From Candidatus Eremiobacteria bacterium (lineage in GTDB: Bacteria > Vulcanimicrobiota > Vulcanimicrobiia > Vulcanimicrobiales > Vulcanimicrobiaceae): DNA of 64,000 nucleotides. Made by a program: the position numbers and the translations under genes. Below the pieces are notes generated by a model. The model was given only the letters and a program-made list of their open reading frames with translations. It was not told where the DNA came from and did not search any database. Location: the NCBI GenBank assembly GCA_963737065.1, contig CAVTRC010000002.1:96001-160000 (forward strand). The letters run 5' to 3'. Shown piece after piece: positions 56,149 to 64,000 of the stretch. The number at the start of each line of letters is the position of its first letter. The first letter of the stretch is position 1.

Positions 56149-56745
56149 TTAGTCGAGAAACGATACAACGCCGCTTCGTAAATCGTACGTTGCACCGGCC
56201 ACGCGCAGCCGGCCGGCGCGCATTGCCTCTGCGACGATGTTCGACCGTTGTGGAATTTCAGCGGCGTTACGGCGCACGTTCTCGATGACCGCGTCGTGCC
56301 AACGGTTGGTGCCTCGCGTGGCGCGCGCAGCCGGCGCTATTGCGTCGACGAGGCGCTGAATGGCACCCGGGAGCCGGGCGTCGGTGTCGACGTAGTCAAG
56401 CGCGGCCTTCACGGCTCCGCACTGCTCGTGACCCAGAACGACGACCAGCATTGAGTTGAGAAGCGCGACCGCATATTCCATCGTCGCTAATCCGTCCTCG
56501 TTGAGGAAATTGCCGGCGACGCGGACTACGAACAGATCCCCGGGCTCCCGATCGAAAATCGCCTCGACCGGGACACGCGAATCTGAACATCCGAGGACCG
56601 TCGCAAAGGGCGATTGTCCGTTGGCGAGGTTCGCGCGCGCAGGTGGCGGGAGCGGAGCGGCGGGACGCGCTTCTACGAAGCGGCGGTTCCCTTCGACAAG
56701 GCATCGGATCGCCGCATCGGGTGAATCCGGACGAGAAATCGGCAT
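56149..56745 (-). CDS. Beta-class carbonic anhydrase
   Basis: GNRRF, GCSDSRV, RVAGN, LGHEQCGAV. Confidence 0.94.
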   Translation of the reverse strand: MPISRPDSPDAAIRCLVEGNRRFVEARPAAPLPPPARANLANGQSPFATVLGCSDSRVPVEAIFDREPGDLFVVRVAGNFLNEDGLATMEYAVALLNSMLVVVLGHEQCGAVKAALDYVDTDARLPGAIQRLVDAIAPAARATRGTNRWHDAVIENVRRNAAEIPQRSNIVAEAMRAGRLRVAGATYDLRSGVVSFLD

Positions 56746-56991
56746 CTGTGGTGGGTCGGTCTCATGAGACGACCCTCCTTCGTATAAGCACTTCAGCTAT
56801 TGGGCGCTTCCCGACTTTCTGCTCAGCTTCTTAGGACTTCTCACCACATTGGGCCGAACCCGAATTTCCCTGTGCCTTTACGCACGCTTTACCCAATGTG
56901 GCTCTGTCGGTAAACCGCAGTGACGGCTAACATCGCAGATACCTGCACAATACTTGTCCCCGGTGAGGGACGAAAGGATCGCTTCTCAACG

Positions 56992-57423
56992 ATGAATCGC
57001 AAACTTCTTGCATTCACTTCTTTGTTTTCTGCGTTGACGTTCGCTGCCGCGATGCCGGCGCTCGCCCTCGAAGTGGGCACGACGAACACCGTTACGCAAA
57101 CGATTACCTCGGGCCGCCTCCAGATCAACGAAACCGACAATCATTGGGATTGCGGCTATCAGAACACGTTCCAAGTCTCCGGCGACGGCACGCTCCAAGC
57201 GGGTCTCGGCGGACAGGTCGGTGGTCAGATCAGCGAAAACCGTAATTCACTCTCGGGCGGCATCTTCGGCGACGGCGACGGATACATCGGACTGACGGGG
57301 TCGGGCACGGTCTCGTACACGCACCAAGACTTCTCGGATCACAACGTCACGAAGCAGTACTTCAACGGCACGCAAACCACGAGCAGCTCGACGATCCAGT
57401 CGGCAACCTTCGTCAACTTCTAA
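56992..57423 (+). CDS. Secreted T/G/S/N/Q-rich hypothetical protein
   Basis: Signal peptide ending ALA; AAGGA RBS. Confidence 0.8.
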   Translation: MNRKLLAFTSLFSALTFAAAMPALALEVGTTNTVTQTITSGRLQINETDNHWDCGYQNTFQVSGDGTLQAGLGGQVGGQISENRNSLSGGIFGDGDGYIGLTGSGTVSYTHQDFSDHNVTKQYFNGTQTTSSSTIQSATFVNF

Positions 57424-57450
57424 GCACGCCGCAACAAGCAGAGGATTCCG

Positions 57451-58344
57451 ATGAAAAAGTTCGTTTCACTTGCGATCGCACTCGCTATGGGTGCGGCGGT
57501 CGCTCCGGCGTTAGCGCAAACCGTTCCTCCCACGCAGAACGTTAACGCGCCTACCTCAAGCAACAACGGCGTGTCCAATCCCGTAGGTGAAAACACCAAT
57601 GTCCAAGTCAATAACTCGTACTCGGGCATGAATTCCTTTGGAGTCGGAATCCAATGCGCAACGCCGTACCTCGCCGCCGGGTTTTTCAACAACAACACCG
57701 ATATCAATGGCGGCGGGGGGATCGGCGTTAATACGGGTGTCGGCGGCAACAATACGACGGGCGCAACGCTGCAAGTCGTCGTTCCGATCGGCGGCACTCA
57801 AGGCGCCAATTGTACGGCGCTCTCCAACGAAATAGTAAAGCAGCGTCAACTCGATACGCAGATTACGCTGATTCAACGATGCGCGGACTTCGCGAAGGCC
57901 GGCATCACGCTCGATGCGCGCGTGTATCCTCAACTGGCCAGCGCGTGTGCGGGCGTCAAAGTCGCAATGAGCGGCTCGAGCTCGTCGTCTTCCCCATCGG
58001 GCAGCAGCGACGAAGCCGCAGCATCGCTCCCGAAACTCATGGTCTACGCGAGTGACTCGAAATCGCCGTCTCAGCCCTCACAGCCTAAGGCGCAGTCGCC
58101 ACAGTCTAAGCCTCAGCCGGCGCAATCGAAGGCGCAGCCCTCGCAATCGAAGGCCCAGCCGGCTCTCACTGTGGCTGCCGCATGCACCTCTCCGAAAGAG
58201 CTGAGCGATCGCGATAAGAGCTTGCTCGAACAGTGGAAGATGAGTTCATCACACCAAAACTCGGCGCTTCAGAGATCGCTGACCGCGAAGTATGCAGCGC
58301 AGCTCGCAGCGGACTGCGTCGATCCCGTCGCTTGGAATCACTAA
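57451..58344 (+). CDS. Secreted hypothetical protein with Cys-containing domain and S/Q/P/K-rich linker
   Basis: GAGGA RBS, signal peptide, six Cys, QSKAQP repeats. Confidence 0.8.
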   Translation: MKKFVSLAIALAMGAAVAPALAQTVPPTQNVNAPTSSNNGVSNPVGENTNVQVNNSYSGMNSFGVGIQCATPYLAAGFFNNNTDINGGGGIGVNTGVGGNNTTGATLQVVVPIGGTQGANCTALSNEIVKQRQLDTQITLIQRCADFAKAGITLDARVYPQLASACAGVKVAMSGSSSSSSPSGSSDEAAASLPKLMVYASDSKSPSQPSQPKAQSPQSKPQPAQSKAQPSQSKAQPALTVAAACTSPKELSDRDKSLLEQWKMSSSHQNSALQRSLTAKYAAQLAADCVDPVAWNH

Positions 58345-58766
58345 TGCGCAACGTTGCTGTCCTTGCACTCGCAATCGCGCTCGCCGGTTCGCTTCTCAGC
58401 GTGCCGGCGCGCGCGGCGAGCGGTTCCCCGATCGTCGTTCCGATGCCGGCGGGCGCGGTTACAATCGAGACGTGCCACTGGTCTGGGAACGACCGGCATT
58501 TTACGACGGATATCAAGCTTGCGGACCACACGAATTTGAAGATCGCGAAAGCACGTCTGCTCTTGACGTTTACGAGCTCGGAAGGCGAAACGGTTTCGAG
58601 CTACGTCGACATGGTAGGCGACGTCGTTCAGCCGGCGCAAGGCGTACCGCCGGTCGGGACGTGGAAGCGCAGTGCCTTTCCACGAGATCTTCAAACGCTG
58701 CGGTGCGGTCTCGTCGGCGTGAAGTTTCAGGGATATCCGAACGTCATCTACTCTGCGGTAAAATGA
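58344..58766 (+). CDS. Secreted hypothetical protein
   Basis: TAATG coupling, signal peptide ending ARA, two Cys. Confidence 0.75.
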   Translation: MRNVAVLALAIALAGSLLSVPARAASGSPIVVPMPAGAVTIETCHWSGNDRHFTTDIKLADHTNLKIAKARLLLTFTSSEGETVSSYVDMVGDVVQPAQGVPPVGTWKRSAFPRDLQTLRCGLVGVKFQGYPNVIYSAVK

Positions 58767-58773
58767 GGCTGCG

Positions 58774-59247
58774 ATGCGTCATGGTCGTTTCGCGGTCGGA
58801 TTCGCCTTACTAGTCCTCATTGCGGCATCGGCCGGTGCAAAGCCGGCGCCGCGAACAGGTCACGGTGAGTGTCCCGACATCCCGCACTACTACAGCCAAC
58901 AGGACGAACGCCAGATCCTGCGCGCACAGCGGCTAATACAAAGCGAACACTTCGGAACGTTCGAACGCAACCTTCATTTCGGACGGAACTTTCAACCGGC
59001 TGTACCCGTGCGCGAGATGGCCGAAGAGTTCGCCGTCTACGGCTACGAGTACGTCGGTCAGTATCATGGCTTCATGCTCTTTCAGCAGTACGCCAACGGC
59101 TATTTTGCAGTCGGCAAGCTCGCCCGATTCCTGGCTAAGACTGGCCTCGAGCAGCCGTACGCGACCCCCGAGCGCCTCGTGCTCCAGCCGCCCTTCATCG
59201 GTGGCGTCCCGATACCGCCGGATCTCGTAGCGTTTCCCTGCCGGTAA
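58774..59247 (+). CDS. Secreted hypothetical protein
   Basis: GAGG RBS, signal peptide ending AGA, two Cys. Confidence 0.7.
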   Translation: MRHGRFAVGFALLVLIAASAGAKPAPRTGHGECPDIPHYYSQQDERQILRAQRLIQSEHFGTFERNLHFGRNFQPAVPVREMAEEFAVYGYEYVGQYHGFMLFQQYANGYFAVGKLARFLAKTGLEQPYATPERLVLQPPFIGGVPIPPDLVAFPCR

Positions 59248-59317
59248 AGGCAGTCCGCTGTAGATGGGCAGTCCGGTTGCACGACCGGCTGCCGATGTGG
59301 TAGTCTATGCGACGGCT

Positions 59318-59440
59318 CCGAAGACCGTAACCGGCCATTGGCCTTGATGTTCGCGAGAACGGTTACCGAGGCGCGTGATGGAATCTCCGCATTCGTGCGG
59401 CTTTCTCGTAGCGCCCTCCGGACGGATGGAGCGCTTTTTT
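59318..59440 (+). promoter_or_regulatory. L10 leader (autoregulatory RNA of rplJ-rplL)
   Basis: CCGAAGACCGTAAC...GTTACCGAGG pattern, then a hairpin and T run; promoter-like TTGCAC-N18-TAGTCT at 59277-59306. Confidence 0.75.
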
Positions 59441-59482
59441 AATTCCCTTCGGGAATTGAACTGAAGAAAGCGGCTTAATTTC

Positions 59483-60016
59483 ATGCCAACCGCACGTAAA
59501 GAAGCAGCGGTACAAGAATTACGCGATCGGCTTGCCGAGTCGCAGAACTTGTTCTTGACCGACTTTGCGGGCCTCACCGTCGAAGATATTACGAAACTTC
59601 GCGGCGAGCTTCGCAAAGACGGCAGCACGTATGCCGTCGTCAAGAACACGCTCTTCAAAATTGCCGCCGGCGATGACATCGCCAAGCAGCTCGATGGGTT
59701 TTTGGCCGGCCCGACCGGTATCGTGTTCGCCGGCACCGACCCGGTTGCACCCGCGAAGGCAATCAAGCAGTTCGCAGACGACAGCAAGAAACTGGGCATC
59801 AAAGCGGCGATCGTCGACGGCAAGTTCGCCGACAAAACGCAAATCGAAGCACTTGCGGCGCTTCCGCCCAAACCCGAGCTCATCGCGAAACTCATTGGTT
59901 CACTCGCAAGCCCGCTACGCGGTCTCGTCGCCGTGCTTTCCGGCAATCAGAGCGGCCTCGTCCGCGTGCTCAACCAAATCCGCGAGCAAAAAGAAGCCGC
60001 GGGTTCGAACGCATAA
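59483..60016 (+). CDS. rplJ: 50S ribosomal protein L10
   Basis: DFAGLTV...LRGELR, VVKNTL, GPTG, LAALP. Confidence 0.97.
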   Translation: MPTARKEAAVQELRDRLAESQNLFLTDFAGLTVEDITKLRGELRKDGSTYAVVKNTLFKIAAGDDIAKQLDGFLAGPTGIVFAGTDPVAPAKAIKQFADDSKKLGIKAAIVDGKFADKTQIEALAALPPKPELIAKLIGSLASPLRGLVAVLSGNQSGLVRVLNQIREQKEAAGSNA

Positions 60017-60040
60017 AGCATTCAAGGAGACTCCAGTATC

Positions 60041-60415
60041 ATGGCAGTTGCCGATCTCATCGATCAAATCGACAAACTTACCGTTCTCGAACTCGCGGAT
60101 CTCGTCAAGCAGCTTGAAGAGAAGTATGGCGTGACCGCGGCCGCTCCCGTCGCGATGATGGCTGCGCCCGGTGCCGGTGCCGCCGCTGCCCCGGCTGTTG
60201 AGAAGACCGAGTTCGACGTGATCCTGCAAGAGGCGGGCGCGGAGAAGATCAAGGTCATCAAGGCAGTGCGCGAAATCACGAGCCTTGGTCTCACCGAAGC
60301 GAAGGCGTTCGTTGAGAGCGCACCCAAGCCGGTCAAAGAAGGCGTACCGAAAGACGAAGCCGAGGCGGTTAAAAAGAAGCTCGAAGAAGCCGGCGCCAAA
60401 GTCGAAATCAAGTAA
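60041..60415 (+). CDS. rplL: 50S ribosomal protein L7/L12
   Basis: [47 protein letters not shown]. Confidence 0.98.
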   Translation: MAVADLIDQIDKLTVLELADLVKQLEEKYGVTAAAPVAMMAAPGAGAAAAPAVEKTEFDVILQEAGAEKIKVIKAVREITSLGLTEAKAFVESAPKPVKEGVPKDEAEAVKKKLEEAGAKVEIK

Positions 60416-61251
60416 TTCGATGCGCTCTTCCGCCCTGGTGTCGTCGAGCGCGGCATCGTGGTCCAAAGACCACTTCAACCGCTCTCTCCTAACCAGGACG
60501 AAAGATCGCATCGAATTAAGGTTGGCATGGCGCTTCCGCCCGGGTGTCGTCGAGCGCGGCATCGTGGTCCAAAGACCACTTCAACCGCTCTCTCCTAACC
60601 AGGACGAAAGATCGCATCGAATTAAGGTTGGCATGGCGCTTCCGCCCGGGTGTCGTCGAGAGCGGCATCGTGGTCCAAAGACCACTTCAACCGCTCTCTC
60701 CTAACCAGGACGAAAGATCGCATCGAATTAAGGTTGGCATGGCGCTTCCGCCCGGGTGTCGTCGAGAGCGGCATCGTGGTCCAAAGACCACTTCAACCGC
60801 TCTCTCCTAACCAGGACGAAAGATCGCATCGAATTAAGGTTGGCATGGCGCTTCCGCCCGGGTGTCGTCGAGCGCGGCATCGTGGTCCAAAACCACTTCA
60901 ACCGCTCTCTCCTAACCAGGACGAAAGAATCGCGTCGAATTAAGTTTGGCATAGCGCCGCCCGGGTGTCGTCGAGCGCGGCATCGTGGTCCAAAGACCAC
61001 TTCAACCGCTCTCTCCTAACCAGAACGAAAGAATCGCGTCGAATTAAGTTTGGCATAGCGCCTCCGCCCTGGCGTCGTGGAGCGCGGCACCGTGGTCCAA
61101 AGACCACTTCAACCGCTCTCTCCTAACTAGGACGAAAGATCGCATCGAATTGCGATTCGACCGCGCTTCCGCCCGGGTGTCGTCGAGAGCGGCATCGTGG
61201 TCCAAAGACCACTTCAACCGCTCTCTCCTAACCAGGACGAAAGATCGCATC
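60413..61251. repeat. Tandem array of 8 near-identical ~106-bp structured units
   Basis: Unit starts at 60427, 60533, 60639, 60745, 60851, ~60957, 61061 and 61166. Confidence 0.97.
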
Positions 61252-61312
61252 GGATTCGCTCGAAGTCGAGCGGGACGGAAACGTCTCGCTCGTTTTCTTT
61301 TGAGGAGGATTC

Positions 61313-61828
61313 GTGTCGCACGAGACGCGGCTCAGCGCAACGTCGATTCTTATTTGGATCGCGATCGTTGCTTTCATTTTCTTTCGCGCGTCGCGGCGTC
61401 AACGCATCAGCATGGGACGGATGTGGGCGCAGGCGATTGTTCTAATGCTCCTCGGCGCGTTTGTGATCTACAGCTACGAACGGCTCAATCCGGCGCCCGC
61501 GTGGGAAGTCGCCGTTGCAATCGTCATTGGAGTTGCGGCGGGCATTCCCGTTGGAATCCTACGCGGGCATCACACGCAAGTTTCGGCCACGGATCGGCAC
61601 GGCGTGATGCAGCTCGGTCCGTCGTGGGCGACGGCCGGCATTTACGTCGGCGCGTTTGCGGTTCGCGCGCTCGTGCGTTATGTCTTTCCACCCAACAGTT
61701 CACTCGGCAGTGTCGTCGGTGACGCGTTCATGGTCTTTGCAATCGCGATCATCGGTACCACGTACTATATGGTGTACCGCAAATACGAAGCCCTCGATCG
61801 CGCGATGCCGGACACTGCGCGGGATTAG
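61313..61828 (+). CDS. Membrane protein, CcdC/DUF1453-like
   Basis: GAGGAGG RBS, about 5 hydrophobic segments, GILRG..TQV motif. Confidence 0.65.
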   Translation: MSHETRLSATSILIWIAIVAFIFFRASRRQRISMGRMWAQAIVLMLLGAFVIYSYERLNPAPAWEVAVAIVIGVAAGIPVGILRGHHTQVSATDRHGVMQLGPSWATAGIYVGAFAVRALVRYVFPPNSSLGSVVGDAFMVFAIAIIGTTYYMVYRKYEALDRAMPDTARD

Positions 61829-62178
61829 CCGCTATACGTAGCGAGTTGCCATTCATTGCCGCTCGGGTCGGCGACCATCGCGCGACGGTCGCCGTAGGGC
61901 GTGTCACACGGTTCTTCGATTGAAGTGGCGCCTGCGGCAAGCGCACGCGCGTACGCCTCGTCGGCGTCGTCCACGTAGAGATATAGAAGACTCGACGTCG
62001 GCGCGCGCGTTCCGCTGCCGCTGACCATCACGTGCGAATCACCAAGACGCAGTATCGACGGCACCTCTGAACGGAACTCACCGGCGGCGCCAAACGCGTC
62101 GACCAAAAATGCGACGAGTCGCGCCGGGTCGTCTGCGACGAGACGCGGTGTGATCGTGTGCCAGCCTTCGGGTTTCAT
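61825..62178 (-). CDS. VOC/PhnB-like glyoxalase family protein
   Basis: ITPRL, FLVDAFGA, LYVDDAD, YGDR..VADPSGNEW. Confidence 0.88.
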   Translation of the reverse strand: MKPEGWHTITPRLVADDPARLVAFLVDAFGAAGEFRSEVPSILRLGDSHVMVSGSGTRAPTSSLLYLYVDDADEAYARALAAGATSIEEPCDTPYGDRRAMVADPSGNEWQLATYSG

Positions 62179-62188
62179 ACATCCGTTC

Positions 62189-62222
62189 TACCATACTTGA
62201 AACGATTGTTTCAAGTATGGTA
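62189..62222. promoter_or_regulatory. Perfect palindromic operator between the divergent VOC and TetR genes
   Basis: TACCATACTTGAAAC-gatt-GTTTCAAGTATGGTA (15-bp arms). Confidence 0.8.
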
Positions 62223-62232
62223 CGGTCGGGGC

Positions 62233-62835
62233 GTGACCCGGCCCGCCGACGCACACCGCCGTGCGCAATTGCTCGACGATATCATCGACTACGTCGTCGA
62301 AAACGGTTTGAGCGACCTCTCATTGCGGCCGCTCGCCGATGCGGTCGGAGCAAGCCCGCGGGTGCTGCTCTATTACTTCGGCGGCACGAAAGCGCAACTG
62401 ATCCAGGCGATCATTGCCGGCGTTCGCGAAAGGCAGGTGAAAGGATTCGCCGCTCTGCGGAGTGCGCGCCATGCGTCTGCGCGCGATGCGTGCGTCGCCG
62501 CGTGGAAGATCATGACGCAGCCGCGGCTCCAACCACTCTTTCGATTTTTCTTTGAACTGTTCGGTTTGGCGTTGCGCGATCGAAAAACATACGGCGACTT
62601 CCTCCATCATGCCGTCGAAGACTGGATCGTCTTTTTCTCCGCGCCGCTGATTGCGGCGGGTGTTCCGAAGTCCGAGGCGCGCGCACGCGGGACGATAATC
62701 CTCGCTGCGTTTCGTGGATTTCTCATGGATCTATGCGCGACGGGCGACCGAGCGCGGATCGATCGCGCCGTTGAACTGTGGTTAGATTCGCTCGATCGGT
62801 CAGAAACAAAAAAGGAGCTGCGCCGTGCTCAATAA
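62233..62835 (+). CDS. TetR/AcrR family transcriptional regulator
   Basis: HTH LSLRPLADAVGASPRVLLYYFG..KAQL. Confidence 0.9.
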   Translation: MTRPADAHRRAQLLDDIIDYVVENGLSDLSLRPLADAVGASPRVLLYYFGGTKAQLIQAIIAGVRERQVKGFAALRSARHASARDACVAAWKIMTQPRLQPLFRFFFELFGLALRDRKTYGDFLHHAVEDWIVFFSAPLIAAGVPKSEARARGTIILAAFRGFLMDLCATGDRARIDRAVELWLDSLDRSETKKELRRAQ

Positions 62836-64000
62836 GCGCTCCGCGGCGATGACGTTCATCTTCGTGACCGTCGTTCTCGACATGCTCGCGCTCGGCATCA
62901 TCATTCCCGTGTTTCAGCCGCTGATCTTGATGTTTGCGCACGGAAGTTATGCGAACGCATCGATCTACAGCGGCATCTTCGCTACGATTTTTGCTGTCGT
63001 TCAATTCTTCGCATCACCCGTACTCGGCACGCTCTCCGACCGGTTCGGACGCCGTCCGATCGTATTGCTCTCCAATATCGGAACGAGCGTCGATTACGCG
63101 ATCCTCGCGCTTGCACCGAATCTCGAGTGGCTCTTCGTCGGGCGCGTGCTTTCAGGTGCAACGACGGCGAGCATCACGGTTGCAAGCGCATACGTCGCCG
63201 ACGTCACGCCGGCCGAGAAGCGCGCGGGCGCGTACGGCATGATCAGCGCCGCGTTTGGTATCGGCTTCGTCGTCGGTCCGGCGATCGGCGGTCTGCTGGG
63301 CGCGCACGACCCGCGGCTGCCGTTTTGGGTTGCCGGCGCGCTTAGTCTTGTAAATTTTTTCTACGGGCTCTTCGTACTGCCCGAGTCGCTCGGTCGCGAA
63401 CATCGCAACACGTTTTCGTGGAAGCGTGCAAATCCACTCGGCTCCCTGAAAATGCTCCGTCGCCACCACGAGCTATCGGGGCTCGCAATCGTGCTGCAAA
63501 TTGGGTACGTCGCGCACGAAGCGCTTCCGCAGCTCTTCGTGCTCTATGCGCTGTACGCGTTTGCGTGGACGATGCGAACGATCGGCGCGGCTCTTGCGGC
63601 GGTCGGGATCTTGACGATCGTCATTTCGGGATTCGTCATTCAACGCGTCGTCGATCGTTTCGGAGAACGCAAGGCGCTGCTGGCCGGTTTGTTCTTCGGC
63701 GCGGTCGGCTTTTGGATGTACAGCGGAAGCCCGTTGCTTTTCTGGATCGGTATGCCGATCAACATGTTGTGGATGATTGCCGGATCGTCGTCACAAGCAA
63801 TCATGACCCGGCGTGTCGCCAAAAACGAGCAAGGCGAACTGCAGGGCGCGATCAACATGTTGCGCAGCGTCGGCATGATCGTCGGTCCGCCGATCTTCAC
63901 CGGAATCTTTGCGTATTCGATCGGGCCCGCACATGCATGGAAGGCGCCCGGTTTGGGGTGGGTCGCGGGTGCTCTGCTCCTGTTCGTTTCGATTATTGTC
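62825..64000 (+). CDS. TetA-like (DHA1) MFS transporter, truncated by window end
   Basis: Translated by hand: FIFVTVVLDMLALGIIIPV, motif A GTLSDRFGRRP, AYVADVT, GFVVGPAIGG. Confidence 0.92.
   Translation, partial: MLNKRSAAMTFIFVTVVLDMLALGIIIPVFQPLILMFAHGSYANASIYSGIFATIFAVVQFFASPVLGTLSDRFGRRPIVLLSNIGTSVDYAILALAPNLEWLFVGRVLSGATTASITVASAYVADVTPAEKRAGAYGMISAAFGIGFVVGPAIGGLLGAHDPRLPFWVAGALSLVNFFYGLFVLPESLGREHRNTFSWKRANPLGSLKMLRRHHELSGLAIVLQIGYVAHEALPQLFVLYALYAFAWTMRTIGAALAAVGILTIVISGFVIQRVVDRFGERKALLAGLFFGAVGFWMYSGSPLLFWIGMPINMLWMIAGSSSQAIMTRRVAKNEQGELQGAINMLRSVGMIVGPPIFTGIFAYSIGPAHAWKAPGLGWVAGALLLFVSIIV

Noticed and set aside
60413..61251. CRISPR array
   Set aside because: The constant part is ~80 bp, the linkers are repeated rather than unique, and no cas genes are in the window.
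60285..61445. Overlapping ORFs such as MSSRAASWSKDHFNRSLL in the ORF track
   Set aside because: They arise from the 106-bp period cycling through frames; no RBS or protein-like signal.

Overview
High-GC bacterial chromosomal window with no phage, integrase, transposase or CRISPR. A Firmicutes-like housekeeping backbone (rpe-thiL, rpmB, DAK2-plsX-DegV-hemW-PIN/TRAM-ispD-ispF-[gltX position]-cysE-cysS-rlmB-sigH ... tRNA-Tyr/Gly/Thr ... rpmG-tRNA-Trp-secE-nusG-rplK-rplA ... rplJ-rplL) occurs together with a TonB-dependent receptor. This suggests a diderm Terrabacteria lineage such as Ca. Eremiobacterota (inference, not verified). Three accessory blocks interrupt the backbone: (1) twin Rieske oxygenases, a sarcosine-oxidase-like enzyme, a beta-propeller protein and a TonB receptor; (2) stress-type genes plus a carbamoyltransferase/glycosyltransferase cluster and a histone-like basic protein; (3) a carbonic anhydrase plus four secreted proteins between rplA and rplJ. 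The most unusual items are a tRNA-Thr(UGU) with a class II long variable arm, an IspD fused to an EF-G domain V-like module, a free-standing GluRS anticodon-binding domain at the gltX position, and a structured ~106-bp element present as an 8-copy tandem array after rplL and as a diverged, covarying single copy after nusG. All calls come from reading the sequence and recalled family motifs; no searches were run.
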